A stretch of DNA of 64,000 bases from an uncultured Planctomycetia bacterium (GTDB lineage Bacteria > 4484-113 > JAGGVC01), in assembly GCA_964388445.1 (NCBI GenBank), contig CAYMAI010000009.1, positions 32,807-96,806 on the forward strand. The letters run 5' to 3'. The notes under the pieces are model-generated. The model was not told the origin of the DNA. It saw nothing but the letters and a program-made list of their open reading frames with translations, and did no database searches. Both the position numbers and the translations under genes were made by a program. Positions within the stretch are counted from its first letter, which is position 1. Every line of letters begins with the position of its first letter. Below are positions 10,428 to 20,350 of the stretch, one piece after another.

Positions 10428-10988
10428 CTAAAATTCCTCGATTTCCTTTACCTTTAGGCGAAGCAAATTCTCTATTTCCTCGAGCTGTTTTTCGATTAGC
10501 TTTTCGATTTCGTCGTTGGCGCGCTTAAGCTCGTCTTCGCTGATATCCTTCGCTTTTTCCAGCTTCTTGTTTCTGTCGATGGCGTCGCGCCTAATGTTTC
10601 TGAGAGCGACCTTTCCTTCTTCCGCGATTCTGTGGGCGATTTTCGCAAGCTCCTTCCGGCGCTCCTCGGTGGGCTGCGGAATGTTGATGCGAAGCACTCT
10701 GCCGTCGCTTTGCGGAGTAAGTCCAAGGTCGCTTTGCAAAATTCCCCGCTCTATTGCCTTCAGCGTTCCCGGATCGTACGGCTGAACGAGCAAAGTTGAC
10801 GCGTCCGGCACGCTGATGGTGGCGAGTTGATTGAGCGGGCATTTCGTTTCGTACGCGTCGACGAGCACCCGGTCGAGCAGCGCGGGGTTCGCCCTTCCCG
10901 CACGCAGGTGCGCAAGTTCCTCATGGGTGGTATGGATGGTTTTCTCCATCCTTTCCTTGGTGTCGCTGTAAATTTCGCTAACCGGCAT
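10428..10988 (-). CDS. frr: Ribosome recycling factor
   Basis: 186 aa, full-length similarity to Frr (LRAGRANPALLDRVLVDAY...). Confidence 0.95.
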   Translation of the reverse strand: MPVSEIYSDTKERMEKTIHTTHEELAHLRAGRANPALLDRVLVDAYETKCPLNQLATISVPDASTLLVQPYDPGTLKAIERGILQSDLGLTPQSDGRVLRINIPQPTEERRKELAKIAHRIAEEGKVALRNIRRDAIDRNKKLEKAKDISEDELKRANDEIEKLIEKQLEEIENLLRLKVKEIEEF

Positions 10989-10997
10989 AACCGCCTC

Positions 10998-11708
10998 CTA
11001 ATCCGATACGATCGTGCCGACCGAAAGGTCGCCGTCGATTATTTTAGCAAGATTGCCCGGTATGGTCAGGTTGAACACGATAATCGAAAGCTTGTTTTCG
11101 CGGCAAAGGGCGAAGGCTGTTCCGTCGAGAACCTGCAAATCGCGTTCCAGCGCCTCTTTGAACGTAATCCGCTCGAACTTTTTCGCGTTGGGCTCGATTT
11201 CGGGGTCCGCGTCATACACGCCGTCCACGCGCGTGCCCTTCAGAAATACGTCGGCCTTGATTTCGAGGCCGCGAAGCGCGGCTGCTGTGTCGGTGGAAAA
11301 ATACGGATTTCCCGTGCCTGCCGCGATAAGCGCCACCCGGCCCTTTTCAAGATGCCTGTCGGCCCTGCGCTGGATATACGGTTCGCATACACGAGGCATT
11401 TCGATTCCGCTCATCACGCGCGTGCTCACGCCCATGTTTTCAAGCACGTTTTGAAGCGCCAAAGCGTTGATGACCGTTGCCACCATTCCCATATAGTCCG
11501 CGGTCGTGCGGTCGAGACCGGTCTCCGCCAGCTCCTTGCCGCGTATGAAATTGCCGCCGCCGACCACGAGCGCAACTTGAACGCCCCTTTCGACCGCGCT
11601 TTTGATTTCATTGCCGTAATGGTGGAGGGAAGCCGTGCAAAGCCCGCTTTCCGAGTCGCCCTTGAGCGATTCGCCGGAAAGTTTGATTAATATGCGCCGG
11701 AAACTCAT
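10998..11708 (-). CDS. pyrH: UMP kinase
   Basis: 236 aa, carbamate-kinase fold motifs (RILIKLSGE, VVGGGN, DGVYDADP). Confidence 0.95.
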   Translation of the reverse strand: MSFRRILIKLSGESLKGDSESGLCTASLHHYGNEIKSAVERGVQVALVVGGGNFIRGKELAETGLDRTTADYMGMVATVINALALQNVLENMGVSTRVMSGIEMPRVCEPYIQRRADRHLEKGRVALIAAGTGNPYFSTDTAAALRGLEIKADVFLKGTRVDGVYDADPEIEPNAKKFERITFKEALERDLQVLDGTAFALCRENKLSIIVFNLTIPGNLAKIIDGDLSVGTIVSD

Positions 11709-11726
11709 GGCACCTCCGGAAGGCCG

Positions 11727-12626
11727 CTAGCCCCCGAGCTGAATGCGCGAATACCTCTTGACGGATACGTTTTTGCCGCCCGCGGCGGTTTTGATGAAGT
11801 CCTCTACCGTTTGCTTGCCGGTTTCGTCCCTGTAAAACGCCTGCTTCAAAAGACAAACTTCGGAATAAAACTTGCCGAGCCGCCCCGTTACTATTCTGTC
11901 AACTATATTTTCGGGTTTGCCTTCCGCAAGCGTCTGCTCGCGGTAAATCTGCTTTTCCTTTTCGAGGACTTCCGCAGGTATTTCTTCCGGACTAACATAT
12001 TCGGGGCTGAATGCGCAAATGTGTATCGCAACTTCTTCCGCGATTGCCGCCAGCTCCGGCGAACCCGCGAATTCGGCGTCGTCCGCCGCAAGTTCGATGA
12101 GTACGCCAACTTTGCCGTTCATGTGGTTATAGAAATTGACCGCTCCAAGTGCGCCCTCGACTTGAAAGCGTGAAAATTTCCCGATGCGCATGTTCTCGCC
12201 GAGTTTCGCTACGCCTTCTTTTACGAATTCCTCGACGGTTTTCGAAGAATCGCCGTGAAAAGTTTCGCCGAGAAGCGTTTCTCCGTCGCCGCCGGAAAAA
12301 TCGCCGGATTTGCCTTCGAGGATGTGATCAACGATGCCGCCTGCCACGGCCTTGAAGTCGTCCGTGCGGGCCACGAAATCGGTTTCGCAATTCACCTCGA
12401 CTATGGCGCCGCTTTTGGCTCCGTCGCCGAGCTTCATTACCACGAGGCCTTCGCGGGTTGCTCTGTCGCTCTTTCCCGCGGCTTTGGCTATGCCTTTGAC
12501 GCGCAGGATTTCGACGGCTTTTTCGACGCTTCCATCCGCTTCGGTAAGCGCCTTTTTGCAATCCATCATTCCGGCGCCGGTCATTTTTCTAAGTTCCGCA
12601 ACGTCCTTTGCGGATATTTCGCCCAT
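11727..12626 (-). CDS. tsf: Translation elongation factor Ts
   Basis: EF-Ts N-terminal UBA-like motif (ELRKMTGAGMMDCKKAL). ATG at 12626 preceded by GAGGTGA RBS. The ORF-track GTG start 12635 is 3 codons upstream. Confidence 0.93.
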   Translation of the reverse strand: MGEISAKDVAELRKMTGAGMMDCKKALTEADGSVEKAVEILRVKGIAKAAGKSDRATREGLVVMKLGDGAKSGAIVEVNCETDFVARTDDFKAVAGGIVDHILEGKSGDFSGGDGETLLGETFHGDSSKTVEEFVKEGVAKLGENMRIGKFSRFQVEGALGAVNFYNHMNGKVGVLIELAADDAEFAGSPELAAIAEEVAIHICAFSPEYVSPEEIPAEVLEKEKQIYREQTLAEGKPENIVDRIVTGRLGKFYSEVCLLKQAFYRDETGKQTVEDFIKTAAGGKNVSVKRYSRIQLGG

Positions 12627-12698
12627 TCCAATCACCTCACGCGGCCAACCGGCCGGTTATTTTAATATGCAAGTTTAACGCGCCAAAATGCGCGCAAG

Positions 12699-13616
12699 CT
12701 AAAACTGCGGCGAAGGCTCGCCCGAAACCTTCTGGTTGTCGTCCGCGGCAGGTTCGGTTGACGGCGCAGCCGGTTCCGCGGTTTCGGTCTTGACGGCTTC
12801 TTCCGCAGCCGGTTTTTCGGATTGCGCCTGCGATTCCTGCTTGGCCGCACGGTGCATGGCTTCCGCCGAAAGCATCGAATCGGGCTCGTCGTCGCCCATC
12901 GAGCTTTGAATAAGCACCGAATCGGGCGGCAGATAGCCGTGTTTCGCTTCGAGAACGCTGTCCGAAATGATTTGGCAGAACAGCCTTATCGAGCGGATGG
13001 CGTCGTCGTTGCCGATAATCATGTAGTCCACGAGGTCGGGGTCGCAGTTGCTGTCGAGAATTCCGATAACCGGAATTCCAAGCTTCTTCGCCTCACGGAT
13101 TGCGTTTTCCTCTTTCTTTACGTCGATTATGAAAAGCGCCTGAGGCGGCGAGTCGAGTTCGACAAGCCCGCCGATGAACTTCTCCAGCCTTTCTAGCTCG
13201 TCGAGTAGGGCTTTCGCCTCTTTTTTGCCGACGGCTCCGAAATAGCCGGATTCCTTCTTTTCGCGCAATTCCAGCAGCCTTAGCACGCGCTTGCGGATAG
13301 TGCGGAAGTTCGTTAGCGTTCCGCCCAGCCAGCGGGTGTTGACGTACGGCATGCCGCATTTGACCGCCTCTTCCCGAATAGCGTCCTGAGCTTGCTTTTT
13401 AGTACCTACGAACAGGATTTTTCCGCCATCGTTCACGACTTTTACTATATAGTCGTGGACGGCGTCTATCATTTTCGTGGTTTGTTGAAGATCGAGGATG
13501 TGAATGCCATTCCTCTTCGTGAATATAAACGGAGCCATTTTCGGGTTCCACTTGCGCGTGGGATGTCCGAAATGCGCGCCGCATTCCAATAATTGCCTGA
13601 GCGAAATCAGTGCCAA
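12699..13616 (-). CDS. rpsB: 30S ribosomal protein S2 with acidic C-terminal extension
   Basis: MALISLRQLLECGAHFGHPTRKWNPKMAPFIF... canonical S2 N-terminus. Heads the rpsB-tsf-pyrH-frr-uppS-cdsA cluster. Confidence 0.95.
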   Translation of the reverse strand: MALISLRQLLECGAHFGHPTRKWNPKMAPFIFTKRNGIHILDLQQTTKMIDAVHDYIVKVVNDGGKILFVGTKKQAQDAIREEAVKCGMPYVNTRWLGGTLTNFRTIRKRVLRLLELREKKESGYFGAVGKKEAKALLDELERLEKFIGGLVELDSPPQALFIIDVKKEENAIREAKKLGIPVIGILDSNCDPDLVDYMIIGNDDAIRSIRLFCQIISDSVLEAKHGYLPPDSVLIQSSMGDDEPDSMLSAEAMHRAAKQESQAQSEKPAAEEAVKTETAEPAAPSTEPAADDNQKVSGEPSPQF

Positions 13617-13748
13617 ACCGAGAACTCCTTGCCTTTCGAATTTGTTAAAAGCGAACGCGACTTATACCACATAAGACGCTTTCGTTCAAGCAATTCCATT
13701 TTGAGGTCGCGAATTTGGATTATCGAAGAGGTTTCAAGCGCGAAATTG

Positions 13749-13756
13749 GTGTATAA
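13749..13756 (+). promoter_or_regulatory. Extended -10 element (TGTATAAT) 8 nt upstream of the mmuM-like ATG; likely leaderless transcript
   Basis: Sequence ggTGTATAATcggcgagATG. No SD between -10 and ATG. Confidence 0.45.
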
Positions 13757-13764
13757 TCGGCGAG

Positions 13765-14682
13765 ATGGCTGGAAACGGAGAGAGAATTTTGGCTCGGCTC
13801 GCCGCCGGAGAAGTCCTGATCCTAGACGGAGCGTTCGGCACGGAGCTTGAGCGGATGCGCGCCATATCGAATTCGCCGATATGGAGCGCGGAAATATTGG
13901 ACAAGCAGCCCGAACTCGTCTTGACCGTTCACCGCGAATACATTCAGGCCGGGGCCGAAATAATTACCACCGGAACTTTCAGAACTACCAGGCGCGCGCT
14001 CGCAAAAGTGGGCAGGGCTGCGGAGTTCGAGGTTCTTACCGGTATCGCCGTCGGGCTTGCAAAACAGGCGGCCGCCGAAGCGCAACCCGCGCGTGAAATT
14101 GCTGTTGCGGGGAGCATTGCGCCGCTAGAAGACTGCTTTTCGCCGGAACTAGTTCCATCGCAAAGCGAATGCGAGGACGAGCATCGCGCACAGGCGAGGG
14201 CGCTCGCGAACTCCGGGGTCGATTTTTTGCTCGCCGAAACTTTCAATTCCGTCCGCGAATGTGCGGCGGTCGTGGCTGCTGCAAAGGAAACCGGGTTGCC
14301 GGTTTTTCTCGGCGTCACATGCAAACCGACGGGCGAGCTACTAAGCGGAGAACAGATTTCCGGGCTTGTCGGCGCGCTATCAGGGGCAAGGCCGGATTGT
14401 CTTCTTATCAATTGCACGCCGGCCGAAGTGCTGGAAACTGCGCTAAGCCAGCTTGCGGCGGAGTTTGATGGGCCGATCGGCGCGTACGGAAACGTCGGCA
14501 GGGCGCAAACCAGGCCTTGGGAAAACGAAAGGCAGCTGAGTTCCAGTTCGTATCTCGAATACGCCAGGAAATGGCTGCTTATCGGGGCGCAAATAATTGG
14601 CGGATGCTGCGGAACGACCCCGGAATTTATCCGCCACCTTGCGTTTCATCTGCCGAAAAACTCCGCGCGCAGAATCCCATAA
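13765..14682 (+). CDS. Homocysteine S-methyltransferase family protein
   Basis: 305 aa with N-terminal ILDGAFGTELE and C-terminal zinc-site IIGGCCGTTPEFI, typical of the Hcy methyltransferase domain. Confidence 0.8.
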   Translation: MAGNGERILARLAAGEVLILDGAFGTELERMRAISNSPIWSAEILDKQPELVLTVHREYIQAGAEIITTGTFRTTRRALAKVGRAAEFEVLTGIAVGLAKQAAAEAQPAREIAVAGSIAPLEDCFSPELVPSQSECEDEHRAQARALANSGVDFLLAETFNSVRECAAVVAAAKETGLPVFLGVTCKPTGELLSGEQISGLVGALSGARPDCLLINCTPAEVLETALSQLAAEFDGPIGAYGNVGRAQTRPWENERQLSSSSYLEYARKWLLIGAQIIGGCCGTTPEFIRHLAFHLPKNSARRIP

Positions 14683-14742
14683 TCAGGCGCACATTGGAGC
14701 GCAAATTGCAGGGATTCCGCGCGCGATAATTCGATTGCGGAT

Positions 14743-15168
14743 TTAGAAATCTTCGAACTTGCTGAAAACGCGATAGTTCTTCTTGCGCGGCTTTTCGGTG
14801 CCCTTTCCGGCCCAATTCATCAGCCCGCGTACCACGCGCGCAAGGTCGGATTTGCGGATGCACTTGATGCGGCGCGCCACGCCGCCGTAACCTTGAATCT
14901 CGCCCCAAGGAATTTCCTTGCCGGCCGCATTCGCCGCGGTAATGAACTTATCCACGACGATGCTGTTGCCGATCTTTTCCCCGCGACGGTTGGTCTTCGA
15001 AAGTTTGTAACCTTCCACCTCCGCACCTTTCTTCTCGGCGTTAAGTGCGACTTCGCCGAAAGAAACGTACTTCGACGTCGAATCTACAACTTTCGTCGGC
15101 TTGGGCTGTGGAGCCCGCGCTCTGACCTTCGCCTTCGCCTTGGGCTTGGCTTTCTTAACTTTTGGCAT
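14743..15168 (-). CDS. Small basic protein with Lys/Ala/Pro-rich histone-H1-like N-terminal tail (possible nucleoid-associated protein)
   Basis: 141 aa beginning MPKVKKAKPKAKAKVRARAPQPKPTK, then a globular segment. Preceded by a strikingly AT-rich ~130-bp region (15169-15298) in a high-GC genome. Confidence 0.5.
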   Translation of the reverse strand: MPKVKKAKPKAKAKVRARAPQPKPTKVVDSTSKYVSFGEVALNAEKKGAEVEGYKLSKTNRRGEKIGNSIVVDKFITAANAAGKEIPWGEIQGYGGVARRIKCIRKSDLARVVRGLMNWAGKGTEKPRKKNYRVFSKFEDF

Positions 15169-15298
15169 TAAAGTAACCTCCGATGCAAATTAACAACACG
15201 CAACCATTGTATCATGCATTAAATATATATATCAAATTATTCAATACGAAAAGCAATAAATATACCGATTAATCGAAGTCGATAAGTAAATATATATG

Positions 15299-16993
15299 CT
15301 ATACGCTTGTATCGTCATAAAATCTGCCCCATATTTCTACCATCGCGCCTGCTATTTCTCCTTCCGTCGCTCCCGCGCGAATCGCGCCGACTATTCTATC
15401 GACCATTCCGGTTCCGGCTTCGCACGCGCGCTTTAATTCGCCGAGCGCATTATCGAGCTTGGCAATTTTATTTTCGTCGCGCGATTCGATGTAATCATTC
15501 AATCGTTTTACTTGTTCGATTTCCGCGAGTTCGTTATGTTTTCTAATAGGCACTCCCGTGTCGCCAACGTCTTTGAATGCGTTTACGCCGACCACGGTTC
15601 TTTCGCCGGATTCCACCTGCCTCTGCCATCTGTACGCGGAGTTTTGTATTTCGCGCTGCGGAAATCCGTTTTCTATAGCGCGAACCATTCCGCCCATTTC
15701 ATCGATTTTCGATATATACGTTTGCGACTCCGCTTCGATTCGGCCGGTTAAATCCTCGATGAAATAACTTCCGGCGAGCGGATCGACAGTGTCGGCAACT
15801 CCGCTTTCGTAAGCCATGATTTGCTGAGTGCGAAGGGCGATTTCGACGCTTTGCTGTGTAGGAAGAGCGAGAGCTTCGTCATAGCTGTTCGTATGAAGAG
15901 ATTGAGTTCCGCCAAGCACCGCGGCGAGAGCTTGATAAGCGGTGCGTACGACGTTGTTCAGCGGTTGTTGCGCGGTCAGCATGCTTCCGGCGGTTTGTGT
16001 GTGAAAGCGAAGAAGCATGGATTTGGAGTCTTTCGCGCCGAATCTGTCGCGCGCTATTTTTGCCCAAAGCCTTCGCGCAGCTCTGAATTTCGCGACTTCT
16101 TCGAGAAAGTTATTGTGCGCGTTGAAGAAAAACGAAAGCCTGGGAGCGAAGTCGTCTATTGCAAGTCCCGACGACACCGCTGCCTCGCAATATGCAATGG
16201 CATCAGCAAGAGTGAACGCCACTTCCTGCACCGCGGTGCAGCCCGCTTCTCGAATATGATATCCGCTAATGCTTATCGAATTCCATTTGGGCAAATGCTC
16301 CATGCAATATCTGAAACAATCGACGGTCAATTTCATGCTCGGCGCGGGGGGGAAAATGTATGTTCCGCGCGCCATGTATTCTTTCAGGATGTCGTTTTGT
16401 ATGGTGCCGCGCAAACTTGTTGATGGAACGCCAGCTTCTTCCGCGACGACTTGATAAAACCCCAAAAGTATCGCCGCCGGCGCGTTGATTGTCATGCTGG
16501 TCGATACTTTGCCGAGGGGAATTCCGTTAAACAACGTCCGCATGTCGTCGATAGTGTCTATCGGAACTCCGACTTTTCCTACTTCACCCAATGCCATCTG
16601 GTCGTCCGACGCATAGCCCATTTGCGTCGGCAAATCGAAGGCGACGGATAGTCCGGTTTGTCCGGCTTCGAGCAAAAAGTGATAACGCTCGTTCGTTTCT
16701 TTCGCGGTCGAGAAGCCCGCATATTGACGCATCGTCCAAAGCTTTCCGCGATAACCGGTCGGCGTGATTCCGCGAGTATATGGATATTCTCCGGGCCAGC
16801 CGATGTTCGCTTTATGCCACTCCAAATATTCTGCGTAGCTCTCGAAATCGTGCGGACCCTCAGCGGGCGCAGGGGGCCAGCCGCTTGTGGAATCGAGAAT
16901 GTCGTCGCGTTCGCCGTGTTTTTGTGCGTAAGGGGTGAACGCGTTTTTCAGCCAATTTTCGAACCCGGATGATTCGCTCATGAAAACCGCCAT
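15299..16993 (-). CDS. Methylmalonyl-CoA mutase family, catalytic (large, N-terminal) domain protein, no fused B12-binding domain
   Basis: 564 aa with full-length similarity to the MCM substrate-binding TIM barrel. ORF ends before the cobalamin-binding Rossmann domain expected in a fused enzyme. Confidence 0.88.
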   Translation of the reverse strand: MAVFMSESSGFENWLKNAFTPYAQKHGERDDILDSTSGWPPAPAEGPHDFESYAEYLEWHKANIGWPGEYPYTRGITPTGYRGKLWTMRQYAGFSTAKETNERYHFLLEAGQTGLSVAFDLPTQMGYASDDQMALGEVGKVGVPIDTIDDMRTLFNGIPLGKVSTSMTINAPAAILLGFYQVVAEEAGVPSTSLRGTIQNDILKEYMARGTYIFPPAPSMKLTVDCFRYCMEHLPKWNSISISGYHIREAGCTAVQEVAFTLADAIAYCEAAVSSGLAIDDFAPRLSFFFNAHNNFLEEVAKFRAARRLWAKIARDRFGAKDSKSMLLRFHTQTAGSMLTAQQPLNNVVRTAYQALAAVLGGTQSLHTNSYDEALALPTQQSVEIALRTQQIMAYESGVADTVDPLAGSYFIEDLTGRIEAESQTYISKIDEMGGMVRAIENGFPQREIQNSAYRWQRQVESGERTVVGVNAFKDVGDTGVPIRKHNELAEIEQVKRLNDYIESRDENKIAKLDNALGELKRACEAGTGMVDRIVGAIRAGATEGEIAGAMVEIWGRFYDDTSV

Positions 16994-17069
16994 AATAAAG
17001 ATATTTCATTCTACCAATCATGCGCGTATGTCGCGGCTTTTCGCGGCGCTTGCATTGAAAATTGCATTC

Positions 17070-18854
17070 TTAGCGCCTGACCAGACCTTTTGCGATTGCT
17101 ATGCTTTTTACGATTTCCGTCGCGATAGGCACCGCGCTGTCGGACGATTTTCCTGCGTTTTCGAGAAGCACGACTATCGAATATTGCGGGTCGTTGTAAG
17201 GAAAAAAACCGACGAACCACCCGTGAGGCATTTGTCCGTGCGCCACGTCCGCGGTTCCGGTCTTTCCCGCCGCGGACACTCCGGCGGCTTTCATTTGCTG
17301 GCATGTTCCGTACGACACAGCCCGCCGCATCCCTTCTCGAATAATCCGCATCGTATTCGGGCTGATTTGGGTTTCGAGCGGCCGGCTTTGCATGGCTTCC
17401 TTCACTTTGCCCTCTATCATCTCCGCCTTCATCACGCGCGGCGGCGGCGCGCTGCCGTCCCCGATTATCGTATTCACGCACCATAGAATTTCCAGCGGCG
17501 TCGCGGTCACGAAACCTTGGCCGATAGCCATGTTCGCCGTGTCCCCGTCCCACCATTCTTCGCGCCAATATTTAAGCTTGTAATCCCTGTCGGGGATTCT
17601 GCCCGCCGCTTCTCCCGGCAGGTCGATCCCAAGCTTGTCGCCGAATCCCAGCTGCCGGGCGTATTTGCTGATTTGCCGGCTGCCGATTTTTACGCCGGCG
17701 TCCCAAAACGTAATGTCGCAGCTCTTCGCGATGGCGTCCTTGAAAACTATCGGCCCGTGTCCCTGCGGAGTGAAATGCTCTTTGAACGTGCGGTTTCCGA
17801 TGTCCAAATGTCCGCGGCAGGTCCACTGCATGTTTTCCGTAACCCGGCCGGCTTCCAGCCCCGCGGCCGCCGTCACGAGCTTGAAAGTGGAGCCGGGGGG
17901 ATATTTGCCCGCGATTGCCCTGAAAAACAGCGGCAAGCCGCCTTTGTCGGCGAGCAGCGAGTTCACATAGTCGGCATTTTCCCTGCCGTGAAGTCTGTTC
18001 GGGTCGAAACTGGGGCTTGAAACGATGGCGATAATTTCGCCGGTTTTCGGCGCGCTCACGATTACGGTGCCGCGTCTGCCTTTCAGCGCATTGAACGCGA
18101 TGTTCTGGATTTCGAGGTCGATTGTGAGATATACGTCCGTTCCGCTGATTGGCGGGTTATATCTGATTTCGCGTTTGAAAAAGCGGTCTTTGGTTATTTC
18201 GATTTCACGGCTGCCCGCCCGCCCGTGCAAAATCGCTTCGTACGCTTTTTCGATGCCGGTTTTGCCCACGAATTCGTCGCGTTCGTATCCGAAATCCACC
18301 ATCCTGCTCGGATCGTCTTCGCTTATCAGGCCCGTATATCCTATTACATGAGCTGCCGCCGGCCCCGCGATGTATTTCCGCCGGTAATTGTTTTCCTCGA
18401 CGAAAATGCCCGGAAAATCGGTTCGATGTTCGGAAAAATAAACTACTTGTTCTAGAGTAAGGTTGTCGTACAGCGCAATCGGCTGATATGGATAGCGCCT
18501 CTTTCTTTCCGCTTCGATGCGCGTCCTGATTACGTCCTCGGTTACGCCCAGCCTGCTTGCGATCACCGGTATCGTTTCGTCTTTTTCTTCCGCGAGCGGG
18601 GGAAAATACATCAGGCTGAACACCGGCTCGTTGATTGCGAGAGAGCGTCCCGCCCTGTCGAATATCTGGCCGCGAGGCGCGATTATCTGTACGCGTTTCA
18701 CCTTGTTCGACGCCGCCCTCGAAAGAAAGTCCGGATATTTCAAGACCTGCATCCAGAACAGTCTCAAAACGAGCAGGATGAAAACGGTCACGATTATCCT
18801 GCGATACCAGACCGCGAATACGTCGATGTTTTCGTCTCTTTCCTTACCTGCCAT
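17070..18854 (-). CDS. mrdA: Peptidoglycan D,D-transpeptidase PBP2
   Basis: 594 aa, N-terminal TM, dimerisation domain, transpeptidase motifs STFK, SCD-like and KTG(T). Directly follows mreC-mreD. Confidence 0.9.
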   Translation of the reverse strand: MAGKERDENIDVFAVWYRRIIVTVFILLVLRLFWMQVLKYPDFLSRAASNKVKRVQIIAPRGQIFDRAGRSLAINEPVFSLMYFPPLAEEKDETIPVIASRLGVTEDVIRTRIEAERKRRYPYQPIALYDNLTLEQVVYFSEHRTDFPGIFVEENNYRRKYIAGPAAAHVIGYTGLISEDDPSRMVDFGYERDEFVGKTGIEKAYEAILHGRAGSREIEITKDRFFKREIRYNPPISGTDVYLTIDLEIQNIAFNALKGRRGTVIVSAPKTGEIIAIVSSPSFDPNRLHGRENADYVNSLLADKGGLPLFFRAIAGKYPPGSTFKLVTAAAGLEAGRVTENMQWTCRGHLDIGNRTFKEHFTPQGHGPIVFKDAIAKSCDITFWDAGVKIGSRQISKYARQLGFGDKLGIDLPGEAAGRIPDRDYKLKYWREEWWDGDTANMAIGQGFVTATPLEILWCVNTIIGDGSAPPPRVMKAEMIEGKVKEAMQSRPLETQISPNTMRIIREGMRRAVSYGTCQQMKAAGVSAAGKTGTADVAHGQMPHGWFVGFFPYNDPQYSIVVLLENAGKSSDSAVPIATEIVKSIAIAKGLVRR

Positions 18855-19398
18855 ATATTCCGCTTCTGAATTTCACGTCGCTCGACTTGCCAGTAAGCCA
18901 AATACCGAGCGAATTCCAGAATAAAAACGTGACTCCGCCAAGCACTCCGGCGCCCCACCAGTTGATGTAAAACAAAAGCGCCGGCCATTCGCCGTGGCCC
19001 AGCGGGATAAGCCAGAAATACTGAGCGACAAACTTCGCGATGACGAGCGCAAGGACGAGAATCATGGCGAGAAGGTTCGACCTTGCAATCAGCCCTTCGC
19101 CGATTAGGAGCACTATGGAGCCGGGCAGGCAATAGTAAATCGAGTGAAAAATGAACAGCCGGTCTGAATAGGCATCGGCGATGATGCCCGTTAGCAGTCC
19201 CGCGGCAAGAGCCAGCTTGGGGCTTACGAAAACCGCAATCGCGGCGAGAACGAAAACCGGCACGTCGAAACCTTTGGCGAAATACGGATGTTCAATGTTG
19301 AGCGCCAAAAGCCAAAGGACGGACAGCGCAAGCGCAACCGACGCCTTAACGAAAGCGGGGCCAAGTTCTTCCCGGTAAAGTTTCGGTCTGCTGCTCAT
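18844..19398 (-). CDS. mreD: Rod shape-determining protein MreD (putative)
   Basis: 184-aa polytopic membrane protein between mreC and mrdA. Assignment mainly by position and hydrophobic profile. Confidence 0.6.
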   Translation of the reverse strand: MSSRPKLYREELGPAFVKASVALALSVLWLLALNIEHPYFAKGFDVPVFVLAAIAVFVSPKLALAAGLLTGIIADAYSDRLFIFHSIYYCLPGSIVLLIGEGLIARSNLLAMILVLALVIAKFVAQYFWLIPLGHGEWPALLFYINWWGAGVLGGVTFLFWNSLGIWLTGKSSDVKFRSGIYGR

Positions 19399-20294
19399 CG
19401 TGCGCCTTCCGGTTTTTCGCCGTCCGCCGGCAATCTATGAAGTATTACAACGACCTCTTCGAGCGAATTCAAATCTACGGCGGGAGTAACTTCGATTGTT
19501 TGCGTTATTCTGTTCGGCTCTTCGACAACTTTGGTAACTTGCCCGATGTAAATTCCGCCGGGTCTTCCGGTCGCGAGACCGCTGGTGAAAACCTTTTCGC
19601 CAACGGATATTCTGTTTTTCTTCGCCACGAAAGCCAAATCGACGGTGTTGACGTACGCCGCCTTCCCGCGCTTCGTGCCCGAAACGACCCCTTGCTGGCG
19701 GGAGATCGCCGTAATCGCGCCGATGGCGAAGTCCGGATTGAGTACCAGCCTCACCTGCGAGCGCCCCGCTTCGGCTTTGACGACCTCTCCGACGAGTCCG
19801 TCCAAATTCACGACGAGATCGCCTTCGTGCACGCCCGACCGCGAGCCCCGATTTATCCAAACGGAATCGAACCAAAGCTCCAGACTTCTTCCGATAATTT
19901 TTGCCGAAACGTAATCGAATTTGGATTTTTCGGGCAGCTTCAAAAGCTTTCGGAGCCGTTCGTTTTCCGCCCGCGTGGCTTCTAGTTCGCCGAGCTGTTT
20001 TCTAAGCGCGGCGTTTTCGCCTTCCAGCTCAATGTTTTCGAGCATTATGGGCCGGAGCCGGAAAATCAAGCCGAGGCTGGAAAATCCTTCTCCGGCGTAT
20101 CTTGCGCCGGAAACGAATACGGACGATACCGCGACTATGCCGGAGCCTATAAAGTTGTGCCGCCCTGCCAATTCGAAAACCAGCGATAGCGTGAAAATGA
20201 AAACGAGCACGATTCCCGTATAGAAAAGCGTGCGGGACTCGCGCTGCGGTTTCGAATCGGGACGGACAAGCCTTACTCTGCGTTTTAGCGGCAC
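19395..20294 (-). CDS. mreC: Rod shape-determining protein MreC
   Basis: N-terminal TM, coiled coil (LRKQLGELEATRAENERLRKLL), C-terminal beta domains. 4-nt overlap with mreD. Confidence 0.85.
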   Translation of the reverse strand: MPLKRRVRLVRPDSKPQRESRTLFYTGIVLVFIFTLSLVFELAGRHNFIGSGIVAVSSVFVSGARYAGEGFSSLGLIFRLRPIMLENIELEGENAALRKQLGELEATRAENERLRKLLKLPEKSKFDYVSAKIIGRSLELWFDSVWINRGSRSGVHEGDLVVNLDGLVGEVVKAEAGRSQVRLVLNPDFAIGAITAISRQQGVVSGTKRGKAAYVNTVDLAFVAKKNRISVGEKVFTSGLATGRPGGIYIGQVTKVVEEPNRITQTIEVTPAVDLNSLEEVVVILHRLPADGEKPEGAR

Positions 20295-20350
20295 TTTAAA
20301 AGTTTATCAAATTCCTCGCCGAACCCGGCATGTTCCCATTCGTCTATATA

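Noticed and set aside
10827-11690. 287-aa plus-strand ORF
   Set aside because: Antisense to pyrH/frr, which have unambiguous homology. A high-GC artefact.
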